Of a stretch of DNA of 64,000 nucleotides, positions 13,290 to 26,190 are shown piece after piece. The first letter of the stretch is position 1. The number at the start of each line of letters is the position of its first letter. Location of the stretch: contig NC_043008.1 in NCBI RefSeq assembly GCF_006345805.1, forward strand, positions 70,804,001 to 70,868,000. Direction: 5' to 3'. This DNA is from Octopus sinensis. Taxonomy: Eukaryota. The position numbers and the translations under genes were made by a program. A model generated the notes under the pieces. That model was not told the DNA's origin. It ran no database searches and saw only the letters and a list, made by a program, of their open reading frames with translations.

Positions 13290-14480
13290 GCCTTTCGGGC
13301 TTTAGAAATAGCCCTTTACATTCAGAGATCAAATCCCGCCGTAGACAAAGTTGTATTTCATCATTTCAGGAGTGATAAAATATGCCACGATCAAGCGCTA
13401 GGAGTGATATTATTGGCTGTTCGTTCAGCCCAAAAGATCCAACTTTGAGACTATATAAGAAATCGTAACCGAAGTTGCTACCTGGGCGATGGATTGACAA
13501 AATTTTTATAGCGTTGTAAATACATTTAACAGTATTTGTTCTGGCTTTTTAAGTCCTGCGTTCAAATACCACCGACATCAATTTTTCCCATTAATCCTTG
13601 TGGTTCGATAAAATTAAATATCTATTAAGGAATCGATTTGATCGCCCAGCCCCTTCTCCAAAATATGCGATTTCCTCCCCTAATATTATTAAGGAAGTGA
13701 ACTTGGATAATTGGCAAATCAGTAGGTAGAATATCTTGTTGCATTTAGCCATGTCCATATATTCTTTTCTGAATTCAAATTGCCTAGTGCTCATGTGTGT
13801 GTATTTACTTTTCTGCAATCGATAGTATGAAGTACAAATCATATTTTTGAGTGAATATTACAAACTATATCGTTAGCACGTCAGGCAGAATTCTTAGCAG
13901 CATTTCGTCCATCTCGAAGTTCGAATACCGCTGAGGTGGACTTTGCCTTTCTTCCTCTCGGGGTCGAGGAAACAAGTACCAGTTGAATACTGGGGTCGAT
14001 GTAATCAACTTACACCTTCCGCCGAGTTTGCTGGCGTTGTGCCAAAATTTGAAACCAGCATTCTTTTCTACTCTAGCCACAAGGCCTGAAATTTGGCCGG
14101 AGGGGACAGTCGGTTAGATCAACCTCAGTACGCAACTGGTACTTAATTTATCGATCCCGAACGGATGAAAGGCAAAGTAGACCTCGGCAGAATTTGAACT
14201 CAGAACGTAAAAACAGACAAAATACTGTCAAGCAGTTCGCCCGGCGTGCTAACTTTTTTGCTAGCTCGCCGTCTCAGTTTGAAACCAATATTATCAAATA
14301 TAGCGAAACGAACTGTGTGTTACGTGCCTATGAGAGAACTAGTAGAGCGGTGGAAATACTGTTATTTCGTTACGTTCTTTCAGTTCAAATCCTGGTATTG
14401 TTTATTCTGTCCGTTCAGGGTCGATAAAAAGAAACATACTTGTTAAATACTGGCATTCGACATTATTGACAACACACCTT
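13290..14480. mobile_element. Cluster of five SINE family A copies in alternating orientation (+,-,+,-,+)
   Basis: Approximate spans: + 13290-13450, - 13590-13770, + 13868-14060, - 14061-14275, + 14350-14470, identified by core and head motifs. Confidence 0.75.
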
Positions 14481-15419
14481 CATAAAACTCGTGGCCTTCT
14501 GTTTATGATCGCAATTATTATTATTTTTCATATTTTTCTTTTTCAATAATCTCTTTGTAAATATTTAAAGTGAAATGCCACGATTAATGAATGTCAGAGG
14601 GACCCATTAATCCGGTACACAAGCTCAATTTCCCGCTCCCTTCTTTAAAACAAACGAACAAAAACTATCCCTAATGATATAAAACCTTGTTAAGTCTTTC
14701 CCCGGAGGGATTTTCAATTTTCGTCGCTCCCTTTCTACTAATTCATTGATTACAATCATCACTCCTAGTTTTTAAAATACTTTTTAAATAATATTCTTTT
14801 TTTATTATTTTATCTTTGTTATCTTTATTTAATCCGTCGAATATGTCTTAATCTCTTTCATTTCATCCCATTTGACTTCGCTGTCACTCGATGGATTTAT
14901 TTTATCTTCTGCCGTAAAGGAGCGGTGAACAAAACTAAATAACAAAGTGACCGCTTTATAACAGTGAAGATAAAGAATTGATGATTTGTACCTTAACTTG
15001 GGTTCGATTCGAAGTCGAAGTGATTTTCCTTAATTACAAACTAAATTCGAAAATGTCTTAAATATCACCTTTCTCATTACCTTGGGATCAATTGTTTACT
15101 GGGTTTATCAACAAGTGAAAAAGATAAATGAATAGATATCGTTATTTTTAGATACATTGCAATATTTAGTTTCTTATGATGAGGACTTGAGTTCAAATCG
15201 CACCGGGGCTTTAACTTACACTCTCTCATCTCCGGGGAAAGTAAATAAAACGTCCTTTCCATTTAAATAAGTAACACCGTTTGCATTTCATATTGCATGG
15301 GAAACAAGTGATATTGTTCGATCCCTGGATGAAGATTATTTTTGTAAACAGAATCTCTTTGTTAAAAGCATTAATGATGATGGTTACGATGAAGGTGATA
15401 ATGATTATAATTTATTCTT

Positions 15420-16160
15420 AATTTTGCACAAGGTCAGTAATTTTCAGGGTTGGGTAGAAGTCGATTGCATTGATCACAGGACTTAAATGGTACTTATTTC
15501 ATCGATCACGAAAAGATGAAAGGCAAAATCTACCGCGTCAGAATTTGAACTTAGGACTTAATGTGGAACAAAATGATGCTATGCATTTAGTCCTCTTTGC
15601 TAACGATGCTGCCAGTTTGCCATTTTAAGAGCAATAGCAACAAGAACAAAAACAAGCACAACAACAACAATCCTTTCTGCTAGAGGCACGAGTCTTGAAA
15701 TTTTAGGTGGAGGGGGCTATTCGATTACATCGACCTCACAACCTGACTAGTACTTATTTTATCGACCCCGAAAAGATGAAAAAGGGATTTGAACTCAGAA
15801 CGTAAAGAGCCAGAAGGAATCGCACTAAGCATTGTGTTCGGCGCGCTAACGATTCTTCCAGCTCACTGTCATTCCTTTCTTCCGAGACATTTGGAGAGAG
15901 ATTTAGTAAATTACATCGACTCAAGCGCAAATCTGGTACTTATTTTATCGGTCTCGAAAAGATCCCGAAACCTCTCGAAAAGGATGAAATGCAAAGTCGA
16001 GTTCGATAGGATTTGAACTCAGAAACTGAAGCCGCAATAAATACTAGCAATCTAGAGGCTATTAATAGGTACCATCGATCATGGTATTAGACTGGTACTC
16101 TATTTTATTGATTCCGTAGTAATGAAATTCAATGTTGGTCGCAACCAGATTTGAACTCAC
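15420..16160 (-). mobile_element. Four head-to-tail SINE family A copies
   Basis: Repeated ggtacttatttt..atcg...gatgaaa...atttgaactc blocks near 15490, 15750, 15935 and 16095. Confidence 0.75.
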
Positions 16161-17164
16161 AAAAAAAGAATCTAAAATTTTTCTTAGAAAGGAATATCAT
16201 ATTAAAATAAATGCGAAGTCTGTTAGGAGTTAAGGCAAATTAACTAAAATTGAAGACATTAAAATGGCTACAGATATGAAAATTATAGAATTAGACCAGA
16301 TCACCCATACAAATGCTGTGGAGCAGAGGAATCTGACGAAATACATTTACAGATAGAGAAAATTAGAAGAATCTATTAGAGAAGGCAGAAACTAATATGA
16401 AAAGTTATCTTAAACCTAGAAATGTAATTATATACATACCTTCATACAGTCATACATATGCTCATACGCTCATACATACTTATGTGTATACATACATGTA
16501 TATATGGCATATAATATATATTTGTGTGTATGTGTGTATGTATGTGCGTATGTGTGTGTTTGTCTGCGTGTGCGCAACTTCTACGGCTTTATTACATTAA
16601 ACGGGAATATCAGGGAATTGAAGAACGGAAAGAAAACAAATCTATGAACAGCAATGCGGATTCGCTGCTCCAAACTTGATATAGGTTGTATAGCCATATG
16701 GGAGAAAAAATGGCTTCTGATGTAGGTAGAGGAAAAGAGACGTCGAGATACAATTTTTGTTTTTCATATATATAAAATGAAACAATGAAATATAAAGTGG
16801 ATTCTGACTACATTGACGCGAAATTGTTTACATAAGAACAAAATAAGATAAAGGCTAAAAACTAACAATTCAAAGACAACAGTGAATTTCCAAAATATAC
16901 CAAAGAATTAGGAAAATCACTCCCGCATGATACAGTAGACAGAAAGTAAACTAGAATGAAAATCATCAATTGCTCAAAAGTTGTGAGATAAACAGAGCTT
17001 ACGAATTTAGTTGCGCTCAAATATTGGTTAGCTGCAAATAATTACAAGGATACGAAAAGGAAAATAATGTCGGCAACAAGTTAAACCATGAAACTGCTGA
17101 AGTGTTTTAGTCGGCTATTTCATTTCTAGTTGCCTGATTAGTGCAAAGTTCGAGTATTTCATAT

Positions 17165-17300
17165 ACAGACGTCTCCCCTGAGAACGAGGGGAAGGCCTAG
17201 ACAGAGAAAAATTAGACAAGATATGGAATATGGTAGTGATCTGACCAGAGTCATCTGCGTTGTAGCTGTCCAAACCGATATGAGATCTAGAGGTACCAAT
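17165..17300 (+). mobile_element. Possible RTE LINE ORF C-terminal remnant
   Basis: Reads RTRGRPRQRKIRQD, like the RTE C-terminal G.R.RGRPR.RW.D motif; the flanks are too decayed to confirm. Confidence 0.35.
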
Positions 17301-17744
17301 TTAGATATATTTAGCGAAGACTGGAACGATAATGTCTGCTTTCTGATAGACGTCTGTATGGTAATCAGGGCAAGGCCTCTGCAACCTAAGCAAGGAAGTA
17401 CTTACAATGAGAATAGGAACACAATTTTAGATTAAAACAACAAAAAATGACCGGAAACTTTTAAGGACAAAACTTACAACTTTACAAATCGTGCAAAAAA
17501 TAGTACTGTTAGGTGCGGCTTATATCACACGTAAAAAACTTTAAAATCAATAGCACAATCGATTGAGTACATTTTACGCACACGAAAACAATCCCTTTAC
17601 AAACACCACACAATAAAATAATGCAGCATGCGCGATATATACTCTATCTGATCACCACAAAACTTCGTTACACACCCATACATGCATGCACTACACAAAC
17701 TAGTAGCTTTTTATTGATCCCAGAAGAAATCAGCATTTAATTGT

Positions 17745-17884
17745 AATAATCATAATAATGACGATGATAATAATCATCATAATGATGATGATGATTATGA
17801 TAATGATGATGATAATGAATAATAATGAGGATAACAATAATAACAATAACAACAAAAGCAACCACAACACTATTGATGATTATG

Positions 17885-17938
<54 letters not shown>

Positions 17939-17965
17939 GTGATAATAATAATAATAATAATAATG

Positions 17966-18022
<57 letters not shown>
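17745..18022. repeat. (AAT)/(GAT)n microsatellite field
   Basis: Direct read; source of the poly-I/poly-N ORFs. Confidence 0.95.
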
Positions 18023-18023
<1 letters not shown>

Positions 18024-18464
18024 GCAGGAGAAAAAGAAGTGAAAGATGAAGATGAAGAAGAGAAAGGAACGAAGATACAGGAAGTGAATAAAGAATAATA
18101 ACCAAAAATAAAAAAAAAGCTAAGTTTTAGCCTTTCCTACATTTCATAAATGCCAGAGTGCGTTGCGTTTGGATAAATACATTGAAAGGAAGAAAAGATG
18201 GCGCTACTTAAAAAATGTGATTAAACTAACTAAAGAAAGGAGAATGGAAAGAGAGAATTGAATGAAAAGCAGATGGTTTTATTGACGGAGTTCAGAACAT
18301 GAAAAGGTTAATGAACAAGAAACAATGCAATAAAAGAGGAAAGCCGAAATTAGAATCTACCTTTGTAATAAAAACGTGATTTAGTCTTTTCGCACGGCTT
18401 AAGTATTGATTTCTCTTCAGGCGAAAGTTGACTCCGTAGAATAACGAAAAATATGCACTACCCA

Positions 18465-18515
18465 TGAGATGATGATGAGGATGAAGACGGTGGTAATGAT
18501 AATAATAATAATAAT

Positions 18516-18553
<38 letters not shown>

Positions 18554-18573
18554 TAATAATAATAATAATAATG

Positions 18574-18640
<67 letters not shown>

Positions 18641-18668
18641 TAATAATAATAAAAACAACAACAATAGC

Positions 18669-18700
<32 letters not shown>

Positions 18701-18705
18701 TAGAA
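18465..18705. repeat. (AAT)n microsatellite
   Basis: Direct read. Confidence 0.95.
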
Positions 18706-19367
18706 ACAATATTGGGAGCAACGAAATGAATCATACATTTACAAAGGAATTTCTGCCCGAGGATTCGATAAGTTCTATCTACTAAGATGAACGCAAATAA
18801 TAAGACTGTAGCAGTGAATCTGAAGTGTATAAAATCCCCACAAGTATTATGGAGTTTAGTTTCCGTATAGAATCTTCTAATAAAAACATCAATTTAAAAA
18901 CAAAAATTTTATTGTTCTTCATCTCTGTACAGGACTCGCAATCCAAAAGTAGATAGTCACGTGTTTTTAACTAATGGATATTTCGATTTGGAACAAGTTC
19001 CGGTACAAGGCATCTACAAGTTTTCTGTATGTATTTTATTAATTTGTAGGAGTACAAAAGGTGTACTCTCTAAACAAAGAAGTACATTACACAACAAAGG
19101 CACGTACATTTAGTCAGCTGACAAGGAACATGTTACGTTACACAGGAGATGATAGGTAAAAAGTAAAAAAAAAAATAACACCGATACGTGATCGAATCAA
19201 TATAACAAGCGAATAATGATTTTTCATATTGATTTCTACGATTTGAAGTGTTAGTGAATGTATATAAACAGACGAATAATACTTAACACGTTTTATATGT
19301 ATATATGAATGTATATATTTATGCGCTTGTATATATATATGTACGTATATGTAAATATACATGTATG

Positions 19368-19425
<58 letters not shown>

Positions 19426-19534
19426 CGTATATAGATAGATATATATACACATATATACGTATATATACATATATATATATACACACACATGCATATATAT
19501 AGTATATAATATATATTTGTGGTATATGTGTATA

Positions 19535-19745
19535 TGTATTTGTTTGCCAGTGTTTGTCTCCCCACCATCGCTTGACAACCGATGATGGTGTTTACATCCC
19601 CGTAACTTAGCGGTTCGGCAAAATAAACTGATAAAATAAGTACTAAGCTTAAAAAGAACAAGTCCTGGGGTCGATTTATTCGACTAAAGGCAGTGCTCCA
19701 GCAAAGCCGCAGTCAAATGACTGAAACAAGTAAACGAAGTAAGAG
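19535..19745 (+). mobile_element. 3' half of SINE family B
   Basis: catcgcttgacaaccgatg...gtaacttagcggttcggcaaa...gtcctggggtcgatt..cgactaaaggc.gtgctccagc...gactgaaacaagtaaa, matching 37630-37800. Confidence 0.85.
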
Positions 19746-19755
19746 GCATAAATAG

Positions 19756-19814
<59 letters not shown>

Positions 19815-21032
19815 CACGCACATATATTACATGCCTACGTATATGTAAAGACGCATAGTCCACTGGTTAGTGTACTGAACACCCGATTATGATGCGTGAC
19901 AAAGTTTTGTAGTATTTCGCGGCCTAATCCCTGTCACAGTTCCAATGCATCTGTTGAAAATTATTCGGTTGGTTAGTATTTATATTTCTATTCCTTATTC
20001 TTCCCTTTATCCCCTGTTTTTTCTTTTACTCGCGTTTCTTTTCCTCTTTACATTAGTTACTCTCAAAATTTAACACCTGTCTCTCATATGAAGAACATAT
20101 CTGCGTTTGTGTATCTATATATATGTATTTATGCAATCTATACGTACATATATACATACATACACATATAGATACATACATATATCTATCTAGCTATATG
20201 TATAAACACACACATATATATATATACATACGTATATAGATAGATATATATACACATATATACGTATATATACATATATATATATATAGTTGAAATTTAC
20301 ACACGCATACTCCCATAAACCTATATATATTCATAGAATTTATTTAAAATTAATTATTTGTTAGTAAGGCTACAAATAGATTCTCTTATACATTATTAAT
20401 ATAGTCGTATGCTTTATAGAAACTTATTAAATTTCCTTCATATAGGAGAGAAATTACACAGCACATCCAGGAACATATAAATTAATTAACGGTCCGAACT
20501 TACGAAACTTGTATTCTCTAGTGATTATAACTGTAAAAATATTTAGAAATGAGGCTCGAAATATACTTTTATATAGAATTAACTAATTCAAATCTGAGGT
20601 GTGTAATGCAATATTAAATTTTTACCCAATATTTATTGTCAAAACTATACCACTAGACCGCTGAATCTGAATATTGATTGCTATTTCAACAATATGGTTG
20701 AAAAAACAGATGTTCAAAGCTCGAGCTGAATAAAACACAACTGGATCAAAATGGCGATTCCTGAGTTGCCAAAGCAGGATATATCTATCAGCCCTGATTG
20801 AATAGTCAAACTATAAATTGCGTTCTAACGTTTTCTATATCAGTTACTTGGTTAGGTAATGTAATGTTTCCATTTTTGTTAAGACGAGGGGCTGTGAGTT
20901 GAGGGAGATCTGTGTTGTTCTACTTGGCATAATGCATCCTCATCCGTTCTGTGACCAAGCGGATACATCCTTATTGGTTCTGTGACCAGCTTGTGCATTT
21001 GTAGATGTTATAAATTCGAGATTGCTTTTGAA

Positions 21033-21133
<101 letters not shown>

Positions 21134-21176
21134 ATGTATCCATGTCTGTCTGTCTATCGATCTCTCTATCTACATT

Positions 21177-21560
21177 ACCTTTTATCTTTTACTTGTTTCA
21201 ATCAATAGACTGCGGCCTTGCTAGGGCTCCACCTTAAAGGGTTTTAGTCAAATAAATCGACCACATCATTTATTTTCAGGACCTCTTACTTATACCACTT
21301 GTCTCATTTGCTGAACCGCTATGTTACGGCGACGTAGATAGGCAAAAGTGGTGAGTTTAGCGCAGCTATTGAAACAAGCAAAGGACACAGGGAAACAGAG
21401 GCAAGCTTCTACATAGTTTCTGTCGACCAAATTTGCTCATAAGGGTATAAATGATGCGGAGCTATAGTAGAAGGCACTTGACAAAGGTGCGACGTAGTGG
21501 AACTAAATTAGAAACCATGTTTAGGAAGTAAACATCTGACCATACAGCCATGCATGCACC
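21177..21560 (-). mobile_element. Degraded SINE family B
   Basis: ttttacttgtttca.tca...gactgcggcc tail and gtagaaggcacttg.caaggtgc..cgtagtggaactaa head, in reverse. Confidence 0.75.
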
Positions 21561-21844
21561 AACAAATGGAGACAGGAAGCGAAATGGAGAGAGAGAGAGA
21601 GAGAGAGAGGAGGAAATGAGGGAGAGAGATAGAGAGAAGAGGAAGTGAGAGAGAGGGAGAGAGCAACTCTCATTGAAGACATGTTTAGATAATTTACTTT
21701 TACAAGCGCTATCATTATGTTCTGTTACTGAGTCTGTATTGCCAACGTCGGACTCCATCTTAACATCATATGTTATAAAACAGTTGTTTACACTGTTATA
21801 TTTTTATAGCGGATGATGTGATTCCCAGTTTTTTATCTTTTATC

Positions 21845-22185
21845 TTTATAATTTTTACTCCTTTTACCGGACAGCGGCCATGCTACAGCATTGCCTTGAA
21901 AGGTTTAGTTGAGCAGATCGGACTCATTACTTGTTTTAAGTCTTGTACTTATTCTATCTGTCTTTTGTTGAACCGTAAGTTACGGAGACGGAAACAAACC
22001 AACACCGGTTATCAAGTAGTAGTTGAGACAGGCACAACACAAACACCGTTTTTCATCTGCCAAGTTTACTCACAAGGTTTTTTTGTCGATCCGGGGATAT
22101 AGTAGAAGAAATGCAACTGAGATGCCACGCAGTGGGACTGAACCGATGACCATGCAGTTGGAGAAGCAAGGTTCTTAGTCACACA
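21845..22185 (-). mobile_element. Degraded SINE family B
   Basis: gcggccatgct..agcattgcc...ttgaaccgtaagttacggagacg...gccacgcagtgggactgaacc. Confidence 0.75.
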
Positions 22186-22284
22186 TTTGCACTTTCTTTA
22201 TTTACTTTGAAACTCAAGTTTTTCAGATCTGCGTCTTACACAAACCTGGGATTATTCTTGTTATTTTTACCTGAGGATAAGGCA

Positions 22285-22495
22285 GTTAGCGAGCAGAATC
22301 ATTAGCACGCCGGGAAAAATGCTCAGAGACATTTCGTCCGTCTGTACATTCAGAGTTCAAATTTCGTCGAGTTTGACTTTACCTATCATCTTTTCCGGGT
22401 TGATAAAACAAGTACCGGTTGAGCACTGGAACGAACGTAATCGTCTTACCCCTACCCTGAAGTTGCTGGCTTTGTGCAAAAATTTGAAGCTATTA
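22285..22495 (+). mobile_element. SINE family A
   Basis: gagcagaatcattagcacgccggg head, gagttcaaatttcg B box, core. Confidence 0.8.
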
Positions 22496-23471
22496 TTAGC
22501 TGAGAATTTCTGTGGAAGATAACTACATGTTATTTCAGTGTTACTAAAACATAAAATTCTAAGGCATCTACATGCTCACTCCTCAGGTAATTAACATTCA
22601 GTATATACGGATATACGGCCTCCACATCATTTTTCTATAAATGCAATCATGTTACTGCAACCGATATCCGGTTGGAAGTCTTTTATATTGATGCACGTGG
22701 CCATTCGAATTTTTCCCTGCATACTTGGGTTTGGCTGAATGTGCACCGAAATGATGTTGCAAACGCATATTTATTTGACCCTCTTCGTATCTACCACATC
22801 CTCTCTCGATTCCCCTCTTTCTTTCTGATGTCAGTCCGAAGAAATATTCTTCTAAAAATGGTAGGTTTTTATTCGATCCTGCTGTTGACGGGATGTCTGT
22901 AAAATAATACGAATCTTCCTATTGTAGAGAAATTATCAAACTGGAAGTCATTCGGATGAAGAAATCACAGGATTGCTAGTGACTTCCTTAATTAGAATTG
23001 CAAAATATGATGAATGAGACTCGGTAAGCTATAATGACTTCCAGAATAGAATCTAACGAAATAGAATAGAAGAGGAATGGCAATGCAATAGGTTGGAAGT
23101 GACATAATACATTTATTTTGATATGGATTAGTGTGGTTTATATGGTGAGATTTGGCTTCAGAGAGCTCACTAGTTAATTACAGAAGAGAAATAACGTAGA
23201 TTGAATATTAAAAGACTACAACAGAATATAATGCCAATCATATACGGCCGCCTTATGGTTGTTTAATCATCAGATTAGAAATAATCTTTAAGTAAGTTAT
23301 ACTTCTACGGAGGAGAAACAAAAGGAAATATTATTTTGCCTTTTTTTAGATTTACAGTTACATTTCTGTTTCTTTACACTTCCGAATAACAAGGATTAGC
23401 ATTTATTTAGGAATAAACTTGCTCCTGGATATGGAGCTGGACAATTGCACATTGCTATACGTATGCATTAT

Positions 23472-23590
23472 GTCTAAGAGCGTAGGCTCGAAACGTTAAA
23501 GACCTTTCCAGTTCCCGAGCGTTATACTAATACGTCTGTTAGTTTTCTACACCACCTGTCTACGTCTTTGGTTTTTTCATGAATTCTCCC
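23472..23590 (+). mobile_element. 5'-truncated copy of the (TA)n-flanked ~170-bp repeat (putative Penelope terminal repeat)
   Basis: gagcgtaggctcgaaacgttaaagac...ctaatacgtctgtt...tacaccacctgtc..cgtcttt...ctccc-(TA)n; homologous to 24612-24781 and 60228-60380. Confidence 0.75.
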
Positions 23591-23755
23591 TATATATATA
23601 TATATATATATATGAATATTTGAGTAGTTGAATGAATTATCTTATTAAGGATAATTCGAAATATAACCGATACCTGGGTAGCAAATTCACATCAGAAAGA
23701 ACATATGTCGAGAATAAAGGATATTTGTTAACTAGTCGTTCAACTCCATTCTTTC

Positions 23756-23847
<92 letters not shown>

Positions 23848-24516
23848 ACATACATATTAGATGAAGAGGACGAGCAAATCATGTACTATCAATTTAGAAC
23901 ATTTAATTCATAATTTATAATTTAACCATAGTGTTGTGTAGTTATAGTAGATAAGTAAAGACTCCCACAGCTGTTTCTAGAATAGCCAAGCATTTGGGGT
24001 ATGTGCTATTGAGCAAGGATTTCCATGTAAGCTAAGTATTCCATCATCGGAGGGAGGGAAATAAAGAAAGAATATCCTTAAACAAAACATCAGTAGTTAC
24101 CAAATCGTTGTATAAATAAGGAATGTCCAAAGAAGAACTATAATATTGGTTGTTAGTCCCGTAGTTGAAGAGTTAATGAAATCCTTAGTAAACGTCATCC
24201 GTTCGCAGTTCCATTGTTGAAGTATCAAGGCAAATACAAGGTAAGAGATAAAAGAAGTTACTAGTTCCGTCTTTGAAGAGAACGTGAGGTAGATAATAGT
24301 CTTCGAAGAGTACAGGACCGTGTGAAGGAAGGATAATTTGAACATGAGGGTCGATGATATAAATTCCAACTTTGATTTTCATGCTCTATTTACAATCTTA
24401 TATTAATATAATATAATATAGTATAATATAATATAATATAATATAATATAATATAAATAATATAATATAATATAATATAATATGATATAATATAATATAA
24501 TGAAATGGTAGAATAT

Positions 24517-24558
<42 letters not shown>

Positions 24559-24611
24559 AATATATACATACATACATACATCATGATAGATCGGTAGCCA
24601 TTACACACATA

Positions 24612-24780
24612 TTTTTCTCTCCTTGTTTCTCTCTTTTTTTTTTCTGTGTCCCTTCCTATAGAAGAGCGTAGGCTCGAAACGTAAAAGACTCTTTTCAATT
24701 CCTGTGCATTATACCAATACATCTGTTTGTTTTGTACACTACCTGTCTTCGTCTTTTGTTTTTTTTTCGTGAAATCTCCC

Positions 24781-24781
<1 letters not shown>
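24612..24781 (+). mobile_element. (TA)n-flanked ~170-bp repeat carrying a hammerhead-like motif (putative Penelope terminal repeat)
   Basis: Three homologous copies in the window. Contains stem GAGC-gtag-GCTC followed by GAAAC-GT-A and a gtc..ctt/aaagac closing helix. Confidence 0.75.
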
Positions 24782-24833
<52 letters not shown>

Positions 24834-24870
24834 ATTATATATATAGGGATATATATCTATATAGGTATAT

Positions 24871-25081
24871 AAACAAGGGGATTTTGGCTTTAAGGGTATC
24901 GCGAAAAGCCTAGATGGAAACCCAACATTCCGAGTTCTTATTCAGGGCTTAGAGATACTGAAGGACTGCTGCAATTAGTGTATGAGTCTGAGAGGGAAAT
25001 ATGTTGAATAAAAGTGTAATTATCCGATCTCCCTGTATTTTCTTTTACCCAAAGAAAATAACTTTTCAGCACCCGATCGTA
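24871..25081 (+). mobile_element. Mariner-derived MITE
   Basis: Right end aacttttcagcacccgatcgta. The interior resembles the mariner transposase C-terminus (F..G..KL..RW.KC....G.YVE-like). Reverse-oriented homolog at 59545-59753. Confidence 0.75.
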
Positions 25082-25091
25082 CACACACACA

Positions 25092-25170
<79 letters not shown>

Positions 25171-25620
25171 ATATATACATATGTCTACCAGCATACACAC
25201 ACGAATACTCATCATACATATATAGAAGGAGAGGGGATATTTTAGGTTGACTGATAAAGAGTGAAAGAGAGATGTAAGGAAGAGAATAACAGTTGTATGA
25301 ATAAGAGTTGTTGGCAATCGGTATGAGCTGGGATAATAAGATAATCAGAGGGTGAAGGGGTAGCATTAGAAGGTTGTAAATGAGATAAGATAAATGAAGC
25401 CATATATGTGTAGACTGTTTACTGTGTACCTGGAGGGGAGGGTAAGCATCAACAGGTTATAGTGGTATTAGCTATAAAATATTAAAATATAACAATATTA
25501 AAACATTACTGGAAGTACAAGTTATAAGGAGAAATGAAATACACACACACATATATACACTCATAAATATATAATACGTACACACACGCATATATATAAT
25601 TATATATATGTATATATAAG

Positions 25621-25658
<38 letters not shown>

Positions 25659-25744
25659 ATGTATGTATGTATGTATGTATATATGTATATAATATATATA
25701 TTATATATATATATGTAGATATATATATATATATGATCAAAAAG

Positions 25745-26065
25745 ATAGGGTTCGGGTATACAGGGGAACACGAAAGAAGTTAGAAAGCGTTGTATGTACC
25801 GAAACTAGTGGTACCTGCCATAGATAAAGAATGTGATACAAAGGAGTTTGTGACAAAGCAAGCAGTGTGAATACATGATGGAGGACCGACAAATATCAAG
25901 GAATGAGGTTTGTAGAGACCACAAGCCATGGAGAACTAGCCCGAACATGTAGGAAAGTTCTGAAGGTGGCCAAACTCAATATTAAGAGCGTTGAAAAGCC
26001 AGGGAGCTCCAACTATGTAGGACGTACTCTTTTGAGAATATCACATGCACCAATGCATAATGCAT
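25745..26065 (+). mobile_element. Second Penelope-like element fragment (RT-endonuclease linker)
   Basis: RFVETTSHGELARTCRKVLKVAKLNIKSVEKPGSS then, after a frameshift, FENITCTNA*CMV. This matches the PLE linker pattern FVP.T..GEL.....K......IKVVE..G.S.......PF....C....C..C. Confidence 0.7.
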
Positions 26066-26088
26066 GGTATATATAATTAACATTTAAG

Positions 26089-26141
<53 letters not shown>

Positions 26142-26190
26142 ATGTATGTATGTACACACAGATACATATATATATACATATACATATATA

